A DNA stretch of 6,976 nucleotides from positions 1 through 6,976 of the forward strand of contig NZ_JAEDAM010000051.1 in assembly GCF_018420025.1 (NCBI RefSeq), given 5' to 3'. Numbering within the stretch: the stretch's first letter is position 1; every line of letters begins with the position of its first letter. A program made the position numbers and the translations under genes. The notes under the pieces are model-generated. The model was not told where the DNA came from. It worked only from the letters and a program-made list of their open reading frames with translations, and did no database searches. This stretch comes from Candidatus Vampirococcus lugosii (lineage in GTDB: Bacteria > Patescibacteriota > Gracilibacteria > Absconditabacterales > Absconditicoccaceae). Of the stretch, positions 1-4,784 are shown in pieces.

Positions 1-402
1 GATTTAGATTTTAAAGAAAAAACAGGAAGAGTAATTGCTGGTAAAGGAGATAAAGATAGGATTATAATATTATCTAAAAATTGGATAGAAAAGTATGAAA
101 AATATCTAAAAAAAAGAAAATTTAATTCAGAATATTTATTTGTAAATAATAAAGGTACAAAATTATCTCCTGATAGTATTCAAAAATTCTTAAAAATATC
201 TGCAAAAAAAGCAAATATTCAAAAAAGTGTAAGTCCACATAAATTAAGACATTCTTTTGCAACTTCTTTATTAGAAGAAGATGTAAGTATTAGATATATA
301 CAACAACTTCTAGGTCATGCTAATTTAAATACTACTCAAATATATACTAAAGTAAATACAAATAAATTAAAAAATATTAAAAATCCTTTAGATAGCTTAT
401 AA
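1..402 (+). CDS. xerA: Tyrosine recombinase, XerA/XerC/XerD family; C-terminal catalytic domain only, 5' end lies outside the window
   Basis: Frame 1 is open from base 1 to TAA at 400-402. It is absent from the ORF track because there is no ATG in the window. My translation reads DLDFKEKTGRVIAGKGDKDRIIILSKNW...SVSPHKLRHSFATSLLEEDVSIRYIQQLLGHANLNTTQIYTKVNTNKLKNIKNPLDSL. It carries the HxxR box (HKLRH), the LGH box and the catalytic Tyr (QIYT) of tyrosine recombinases. The gene symbol is inferred from the archaeal context. Confidence 0.85.
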   Translation, partial: DLDFKEKTGRVIAGKGDKDRIIILSKNWIEKYEKYLKKRKFNSEYLFVNNKGTKLSPDSIQKFLKISAKKANIQKSVSPHKLRHSFATSLLEEDVSIRYIQQLLGHANLNTTQIYTKVNTNKLKNIKNPLDSL

Positions 403-406
403 AAAC

Positions 407-438
407 ATTTTCAACCTTAATATATATTAGGTGAAAAT
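407..438. repeat. Imperfect 32-bp palindrome immediately downstream of the recombinase stop codon
   Basis: ATTTTCAACC (407-416), TTAATATATATTA (417-429), GGTGAAAAT (430-438). The reverse complement of the right arm is ATTTTCACC, one base shorter than the left arm. The core TAATATATATTA is itself a perfect palindrome. The right arm contains the SD-like AGGTGA of the next ORF. Confidence 0.5.
429..434 (+). promoter_or_regulatory. Shine-Dalgarno-like AGGTGA, 6 nt upstream of the ATG at 441
   Basis: AGGTGA is complementary to the conserved 3' end of 16S rRNA (..GAUCACCUCC). The spacing to the start codon is appropriate. Confidence 0.4.
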
Positions 439-440
439 AT

Positions 441-698
441 ATGAGATTTAAAAATTTTTTAGGTAAAAAATCATTTCAAATAAATCCAGATAAAAGAAAA
501 GAATTAGAATCAAGAAAAAAAGAGATTAAAGATATAATAGAAACTACAAATAATAAAATTCAAATGTTAGAAAATAAAATATATAAGATAGATAACTCTA
601 AAGAAATTAAAAAAGATAATAAAGAATTAAAAAAATTAGAAACTAAATTAAAAACACAAACTAAAAAATATGAAAATATAAAAACAAAATTAAAATAA
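441..698 (+). CDS. Hypothetical small (85 aa) Lys/Glu-rich protein, predicted coiled coil
   Basis: ATG ORF preceded by an SD-like motif. Heptad-like K/E/L/I pattern (KELESRKKEIKDIIETTNNKIQMLENKIYKI...LKKLETKLKTQTKKYENIKTKLK). I recognise no family. The composition is also what an AT-rich genome yields by chance, so confidence is moderate. Confidence 0.5.
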   Translation: MRFKNFLGKKSFQINPDKRKELESRKKEIKDIIETTNNKIQMLENKIYKIDNSKEIKKDNKELKKLETKLKTQTKKYENIKTKLK

Positions 699-875
699 TC
701 ATAGATACCCCACACTTCCTGTAATAATTTAATTTTTTTAAATAAAATAAGTAAGAAAATAAAAATCAAACTAATTATATATAATAGTTTAATAATTAAA
801 ATAGATAAATATATAAATATTTTGACTAACTCATACTATATTAAATACATAATTTATATAATATTTATAGATTTT

Positions 876-880
876 GGAGG
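876..880 (+). promoter_or_regulatory. Shine-Dalgarno GGAGG, 6 nt upstream of the ATG at 887
   Basis: The sequence ttttGGAGGaataatATG is a canonical anti-16S match in an otherwise G-poor region. Confidence 0.5.
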
Positions 881-886
881 AATAAT

Positions 887-1240
887 ATGAGTACAAGAAT
901 ATCAAAATTATTTGGAATGGATATATATCAAACAGATGCAACTTATAGAGGAAAAGTACACGACCTTATAGTTAATTTAGAACAAGGTATTGTAGAGACT
1001 GTTACAACTCAACCTTTAAAAGTAAATTCTAAAGTAGAAGCTAAAAAAATAATAACAGATTATAGTATACCTTATAATAAAGTTATTTCTGCTGATGATA
1101 TATTGTTAATTAATGCAGGTAATGTTCCAGCTAATAATAAAAAAGCACCTGCAGCTAAAAAAGAAGAATTTAAAGATTCTAAAGAAGAACAAATTAGAAA
1201 AAAATATATAGGTTATAGAAGTAGATATTCTAGAAGATAG
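887..1240 (+). CDS. PRC-barrel domain protein with a Lys/Arg-rich C-terminal tail
   Basis: N-terminal ISKLFGMDIYQTDATYRGKVHDLIVNLEQGIVETVTT fits the archaeal PRC-barrel pattern S.L.G..V....G...G.V.D......G.I. A strong SD precedes it. The ORF ends in TAG and is followed by oligo-T runs. The tail is AAKKEEFKDSKEEQIRKKYIGYRSRYSRR. Confidence 0.8.
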   Translation: MSTRISKLFGMDIYQTDATYRGKVHDLIVNLEQGIVETVTTQPLKVNSKVEAKKIITDYSIPYNKVISADDILLINAGNVPANNKKAPAAKKEEFKDSKEEQIRKKYIGYRSRYSRR

Positions 1241-1264
1241 TTTTTTTCTATTTTTTTTTATTTT
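1241..1264 (+). terminator. Oligo-T tract, archaeal intrinsic terminator candidate for the PRC-barrel gene
   Basis: T7 (1241-1247), T9 (1251-1259) and T4 (1261-1264) directly follow the stop codon. Archaeal RNAP terminates at oligo-T runs. Confidence 0.4.
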
Positions 1265-1363
1265 ATATTATATATATATATAATTATATATATAAATATA
1301 TATACATAATAAAATTTTTATTTTAAAAAAAAGAAGAATACACGAAGTATGGGGGGTCTCTAA

Positions 1364-1966
1364 GTGAACAAAATAAAATCAGATTATATAAAATATAATT
1401 TTATATTTCCAGAGGGTACAAATCATTCTTCTTATATATATCAAAAAGTATTTAGATCTATATATGGATATAGTCAAAATGTTACTAAAAAAAATAATAA
1501 AATATATACATATTTAAGAAAAGGGATTATTTCAGAAATACCTTATATAAAACCAGGAAAAAATACTGTTATTTTACCTTTAAATAATAAAGATTTATTA
1601 TTAGATTATTTTAAAACAGGAATTAATCCAACTCATAATTGGAAAATAAGAGGAGATTGGAAAGTTGATTATAATATAGATACTATTGAAGTTGATTCTG
1701 AGAGTATAATTAGAAGTTTAGAATATTATATAAAAAATTATAAAGTAATTAATATATTTAATAAAAATAATTTATTATTAAATGAAATAGAATTTTGTAT
1801 AAATAATAATAATATAAATAAAGATTATATTGATTATATATATAAAATAATAAATAAAATAACTAGTTTTAATTGGTATAAAGAAGTTTATAATGATTCT
1901 GAATATTTAACTAATTTTAATAATAAAGTAATTGAATTTAAGAATAAATTTTATAATAATGAATAA
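1364..1966 (+). CDS. Hypothetical protein (200 aa), GTG start
   Basis: The ORF has no internal Met codon and starts at GTG 1364, directly after an in-frame TAA. A G-rich SD-like GGGGGG lies at 1351-1356. The first ~90 aa are non-repetitive (YIYQKVFRSIYGYSQNVTKKNNKIYTYLRKGIISEIPYIKPGKNTVILP), which argues for a real gene. The C-terminal half is Asn/Ile/Lys/Tyr-rich. I cannot assign a family with confidence. Confidence 0.55.
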   Translation: MNKIKSDYIKYNFIFPEGTNHSSYIYQKVFRSIYGYSQNVTKKNNKIYTYLRKGIISEIPYIKPGKNTVILPLNNKDLLLDYFKTGINPTHNWKIRGDWKVDYNIDTIEVDSESIIRSLEYYIKNYKVINIFNKNNLLLNEIEFCINNNNINKDYIDYIYKIINKITSFNWYKEVYNDSEYLTNFNNKVIEFKNKFYNNE

Positions 1967-2557
1967 TTATTTTTCAATAATTATTACATTCTTTTTCCAA
2001 GTTCTTCTTTTACCTGTATTATTTACTTTAATTAAATTAATATCTGTTAATGTTTTTAGATAAGGGTATAGGCTTTTTTCGTTTTTATACTCTATATTGA
2101 ACTCTAGTTTAATATTTTGCTTTATCTCATCCATATTTATCCATCTATCTGATGGAATGCTTCTAATTATATGGTCTGCTTGGGTGTTTTCTTTAATCTT
2201 TAATATATCCCAAATAGTGTTTAATTCATTTTTTAATTCTTGATAATTTACTGTTTTTTCTTGATATTGTAATTGTTGGTTTTGTTGTTGTGTTTGTATT
2301 TGATTAGATTCTTGTGCTTGTGATTGATTAGATTGTTGTATATTGTTTTGTTTATTAGTAATTAATTCATTAGAATTATTTTTTTTATTATTATTAATAT
2401 TTTGAGTATGTATGTTATTTGAATAATTTTCTGTTTGATTGTTTAAATTTTGTTTTTTATCTATATTTTCATTTTGATTAGTTTGATTATTATCTTCTAT
2501 ATCTTTTTTTTTATTAAATAGTGTTTTTAAATTATTTATAATTTTTTTTAATTCCAT
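1967..2557 (-). CDS. Hypothetical protein: N-terminal Gln/Asn-rich low-complexity region plus C-terminal putative winged-helix DNA-binding domain
   Basis: 196-aa ATG ORF. Residues ~20-100 are almost entirely N/Q/S/T/K (QNNIQQSNQSQAQESNQIQTQQQNQQLQYQ). Residues ~105-196 are ordinary sequence (ADHIIRSIPSDRWINMDEIKQNIKLEFNIEYKNEKSLYPYLKTLTDINLIKVNNTGKRRTWKK) resembling a helix-turn-helix followed by a basic beta-wing. The domain call is inference only. Confidence 0.6.
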   Translation of the reverse strand: MELKKIINNLKTLFNKKKDIEDNNQTNQNENIDKKQNLNNQTENYSNNIHTQNINNNKKNNSNELITNKQNNIQQSNQSQAQESNQIQTQQQNQQLQYQEKTVNYQELKNELNTIWDILKIKENTQADHIIRSIPSDRWINMDEIKQNIKLEFNIEYKNEKSLYPYLKTLTDINLIKVNNTGKRRTWKKNVIIIEK

Positions 2558-2562
2558 ACATA

Positions 2563-2694
2563 TAGTAATTACCGTAATTATTTTAAAGGGTATAGTAATT
2601 ACAGTAATTATACTAAGGTATTTTTAGTAATTACAGTAATTATTAGCTTATATTTTATAGTAATTACTTAAATTTTATTGGTAATTACAGTTAT
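2563..2694. repeat. Array 1 of the palindromic motif GTAATTAC (5 perfect copies plus 3 one-mismatch partner sites)
   Basis: Perfect copies are at 2565-2572, 2595-2602, 2627-2634, 2660-2667 and 2681-2688. Partner sites GTAATTAT, 9 bp downstream, are at 2574-2581, 2604-2611 and 2636-2643. The 19-mer TAGTAATTACAGTAATTAT is identical at 2593-2611 and 2625-2643 and differs by one base at 2563-2581. Confidence 0.85.
2580..2593 (-). promoter_or_regulatory. Putative archaeal promoter (BRE-like ATACCC plus TATA TTTAAAAT) for the 1967-2557 gene
   Basis: The minus strand reads ATACCCTTTAAAATAATTACGGTAATTACTATATGT-ATG. The TATA centre is about 26 nt from the A of the ATG, which fits a leaderless mRNA. 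GTAATTAC sites lie on both sides of it. Confidence 0.4.
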
Positions 2695-3059
2695 TTTTAT
2701 ATAATTTATATATTTTTTATAAATTAAGTTAATAAATATATATTTATACATATCAAAAATATTTTTTATTTAATATTTTATGTATATATATTTGTATATT
2801 TGTGTAAAATTAGTCTTTTTTTATGATTTTTTTCTAATTTTTATATTTTTTTTAATAATTTTTAGTTTAAAAAAAGTTTTTATAGTCTTTTTTTATAATT
2901 TAAATATCTTTAATACCTTTAATTTTAATTTAAATTATAAATTTTGTTTTATTTTTTATTTAAAGGGTATTTATAGCTTTAAATACGTTTAATTTTAATT
3001 AATTTATATGTCCAAGAATTAGATCAAAATTAAAATTTATTTAAAAAATAGTTATTAAA
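2695..3059. other. Gene-free, ultra-AT-rich spacer with internal direct repeats
   Basis: My hand count gives about 33 G/C in 2701-3060, roughly 9% GC. Stops are frequent on the minus strand, and the only tracked ORF here (2780-2992, plus strand) is a low-complexity Phe/Ile/Leu artefact. TAGTCTTTTTTTAT occurs at 2811-2824 and 2883-2896. ATAC(C/G)TTTAATTTTAATT occurs at 2913-2930 and 2983-3000. Both pairs are about 70 bp apart. Confidence 0.5.
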
Positions 3060-3134
3060 TAGCGGGGAGTGGATTTGAACCACTGACCTTCGGGTTATGA
3101 GCCCGACGGGCACTCCAGACTGCCCCACCCCGCT
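3060..3134 (-). tRNA. tRNA-Met (anticodon CAT), initiator type
   Basis: The reverse complement folds as a cloverleaf: AGCGGGG-TG-GGGC-AGTCTGGAGT-GCCC-G-TCGGG-CTCATAA-CCCGA-AGGTC-AGTGG-TTCAAAT-CCACT-CCCCGCT-A. An A1:U72 pair and three consecutive G:C pairs closing the anticodon stem are hallmarks of archaeal/eukaryal initiator tRNA. No CCA is encoded. Confidence 0.9.
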
Positions 3135-3155
3135 ATAAAAAATAAAGAATATAGT

Positions 3156-3163
3156 ATATTAAA
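3156..3163 (-). promoter_or_regulatory. Candidate TATA box (TTTAATAT on the minus strand) for tRNA-iMet
   Basis: It is centred about 25-26 nt upstream of the mature tRNA 5' end at 3134. AT-rich background makes false positives easy. Confidence 0.35.
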
Positions 3164-3208
3164 TTAATATATATTTATATAACCAAAACTTATTTAAAGT
3201 ATTAGTAA

Positions 3209-3781
3209 TTATTCACATATATACCCTTTAGTATCATCATTAATTTTATTTAATATCTCTTCTAATCTATTTATATTTTTCTGAATATTTGTTTTCTTTC
3301 TTTTTAATGTAGTTATTTTTTTCTTAGTATCTACCATTTCTAAATTAGAATTACAATTAGGACATTTAAAATTATAACCTGCTGCTTCTTCAAAAGGTAA
3401 TTCAATACATTTTTTAGGACAATAAAAAAAGTCGTGTATTTGTTTATCTTCAATAGTATATTCTAATTTTTTAAATTTCTTCATTTCTTGAATTAATAAT
3501 ATCTCTATAATTTTTTTATATTTTATTTCCCAATAAAATTCATATAAATTATTATCTTTTCTTCTTTCTTTTTTATAACATGCAATACCTCTATAGTGTA
3601 AACTATTTAATGTAGATCTTACTACTGTTATTTTTTCATTTAATTTATCTGATACTTGTTCAGGAGTTAAAGATTGTTTTTCAAACATTTTAACAATATC
3701 TGTTGCTAAAGGTCCTGCTATTTGTTTTAAAAATTCTAATGTATTTTTATCTTTTAATAATTCTTGTTTTAATTTCTTCAT
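3209..3781 (-). CDS. tfe: Transcription factor E (TFE alpha, archaeal TFIIE-alpha homologue)
   Basis: The N-terminal winged helix (FLKQIAGPLATDIVKMF...LTPEQVSDKLNEKITVVRSTLNSLHYRGIACYKKERRKDNNLYEFYWEI) matches the conserved TFE pattern. It is followed by a zinc ribbon, YCPKKC...(17)...CPNCNSNLEMVD. Confidence 0.9.
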   Translation of the reverse strand: MKKLKQELLKDKNTLEFLKQIAGPLATDIVKMFEKQSLTPEQVSDKLNEKITVVRSTLNSLHYRGIACYKKERRKDNNLYEFYWEIKYKKIIEILLIQEMKKFKKLEYTIEDKQIHDFFYCPKKCIELPFEEAAGYNFKCPNCNSNLEMVDTKKKITTLKRKKTNIQKNINRLEEILNKINDDTKGYICE

Positions 3782-3830
3782 AATTTATCTCTTTAAAATT
3801 GGTATTTATATATATAATTATATATCAAAC

Positions 3831-4355
3831 TTATTTTAAATTAATTACATTCTTATTATCATTATTAGGTATTATTTTAATCTCTGAATTATAATCTTTA
3901 TTTTCTATAGATTTATTATCTATTAAATATAATATCATAGCAATTGCAGCAACTTCACTATGTGGTTGATTTGTTACACCTATATTATAATTAGCTATCT
4001 CATAGTATTTATGTTCTACTTTTGGTCCACCAACAATTAATAAAATATTTTTATTGTTTTTTATTTCTTTTATTTTCTTTGTAATATTTTCTCCATACAT
4101 AGTTAAATGAATAATTATGTATTTTTCTTTTTTTAATTTTTTCACAAGTTCATATGGTTTTTGTGTATAATTAATTTCAAAAGAACTTCCAAATTTATTA
4201 TTTATTTCTAAAACATTTTTTTCTATATTTTTATCTTGGATTCCAGAATAAAAAAAACTATTTGCTTTAAATGCTCTAGATACTAATGCACAATGTGTAG
4301 TTATTCTTTTATCTCTTAAAGGTCTATGATCTAATTTTAAAATCTTTATGTTCAT
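3831..4355 (-). CDS. trm56: tRNA (cytidine56-2'-O)-methyltransferase aTrm56 (SPOUT family)
   Basis: [34 protein letters not shown] and [37 protein letters not shown] align colinearly with my recollection of Pyrococcus aTrm56 ([50 protein letters not shown]). Confidence 0.9.
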   Translation of the reverse strand: [174 protein letters not shown]

Positions 4356-4460
4356 ATTATATTTTAGAAGTAATATGTTTTTATAATTTATTTTAATTGA
4401 TTATGTAGGTTTTTTTGGTGTCCTTTTAAAAAGTTTTCTTTCATTATAATATATATAAAT

Positions 4461-4468
4461 TTTATATT
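4461..4468 (+). promoter_or_regulatory. Candidate TATA box (TTTATATT) for the tRNA-Lys/Lys/Phe operon
   Basis: It is centred about 32 nt upstream of the first tRNA 5' end (4497), implying a short leader. This is an inference in AT-rich DNA. Confidence 0.35.
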
Positions 4469-4496
4469 TTAAACAAATATAACTTTTTTTTATAAT

Positions 4497-4570
4497 GGAC
4501 CTGTAGCTCAGCCTGGCAGAGCACTGGGCTTTTAACCCAGGTGTCAGGGGTTCAAATCCCCTCGGGTTCA
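4497..4570 (+). tRNA. tRNA-Lys (anticodon TTT)
   Basis: Cloverleaf: GGACCTG-TA-GCTC-AGCCTGGCAG-AGC-A-CTGGG-CTTTTAA-CCCAG-GTGTC-AGGGG-TTCAAAT-CCCCT-CGGGTTC-A. The acceptor stem has two G:U pairs. Confidence 0.92.
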
Positions 4571-4580
4571 TAAATTAAAA

Positions 4581-4655
4581 GGGCTCGTAGCTCAGTCTGG
4601 TTAGAGCACTGGACTCTTAATCCAGGTGTCGGGGGTTCAAATCCCCCCGAGCTCA
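4581..4655 (+). tRNA. tRNA-Lys (anticodon CTT)
   Basis: Cloverleaf: GGGCTCG-TA-GCTC-AGTCTGGTTAG-AGC-A-CTGGA-CTCTTAA-TCCAG-GTGTC-GGGGG-TTCAAAT-CCCCC-CGAGCTC-A. It lies 10 nt after the previous tRNA. Confidence 0.92.
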
Positions 4656-4670
4656 CTTGGATTATATTTA

Positions 4671-4744
4671 GGTACCGTAGCTCAGTCTGGGAGAGCAATA
4701 GGCTGAAGACCTATGTGTCGCGGGTTCAAATCCCGCCGGGACCA
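4671..4744 (+). tRNA. tRNA-Phe (anticodon GAA)
   Basis: Cloverleaf: GGTACCG-TA-GCTC-AGTCTGGGAG-AGC-A-ATAGG-CTGAAGA-CCTAT-GTGTC-GCGGG-TTCAAAT-CCCGC-CGGGACC-A. It has one A4/G69 mismatch in the acceptor stem. It lies 15 nt after the previous tRNA and is followed by a T5 run (4757-4761). Confidence 0.88.
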
Positions 4745-4784
4745 CTCTAAATTCTATTTTTATTTAAATAATAATTTTGTTTAA

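Noticed and set aside
704-721. GC-richer island GATACCCCACACTTCCTG downstream of the coiled-coil ORF as a possible C/D-box sRNA or other small RNA
   Set aside because: Neither strand has a convincing C box (RUGAUGA) or D box (CUGA) at appropriate spacing. There is no stable hairpin. The evidence is insufficient.
560-769. 69-aa ORF on the minus strand from the six-frame track
   Set aside because: It is antisense to and overlaps the 441-698 ORF. The translation is a low-complexity Phe/Leu/Ile/Ser string, typical of the T-rich complement of an A-rich coding strand. It has no SD, no recognisable motif and no sensible promoter.
1964-1969. Convergent genes whose stop codons abut, forming the palindrome TAATTA with zero intergenic bases
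   Set aside because: The observation is real but probably just reflects genome compaction. A T5 run for the plus-strand gene lies inside the 3' end of the minus-strand gene (1970-1974). There is no evidence of a special mechanism.
2563-2694. Could the GTAATTAC arrays (here and at 4785-4887) be CRISPR arrays?
   Set aside because: The repeat unit is only 8 bp, or 19 bp as a composite. The intervening segments are 10-25 bp and irregular. No cas genes are present. CRISPR repeats are about 24-48 bp with spacers of similar uniform length.
2780-2992. 70-aa ORF on the plus strand inside the AT-rich gap
   Set aside because: The translation (FFYDFFLIFIFFLIIF...) is simply the reading of oligo-T DNA. 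The region is about 9% GC, contains direct repeats, and has no SD or domain signal. I treat it as non-coding.
3060-3134. att-site duplication of the tRNA-iMet 3' segment within the window
   Set aside because: I found no second copy of any tRNA-derived segment of about 12 nt or more in 1-3059. The closest is a shared CCCCAC hexamer at 709-714. The integrated-element idea therefore remains a low-confidence finding, not a feature.
3060-3134. Alternative identity of the CAT-anticodon tRNA as elongator Met or as tRNA-Ile2 (C34-agmatidine)
   Set aside because: The A1:U72 terminal pair and the GGG/CCC run at the bottom of the anticodon stem are initiator signatures. Elongator Met and Ile2 tRNAs normally start with G1:C72. 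The alternative is not fully excluded without a genome-wide tRNA inventory.
3221-3230. Third, inverted copy of TAAAGGGTAT (plus-strand ATACCCTTTA). With the copy at 2961-2970 it flanks tRNA-iMet almost symmetrically, about 90 nt on each side
   Set aside because: This copy lies inside the tfe coding sequence, where it encodes Lys-Gly-Tyr. It lacks the TATA-like extension of the other two copies. The complementarity is only 10 bp plus a few flanking matches, too weak to claim a processing stem or MITE-like termini.
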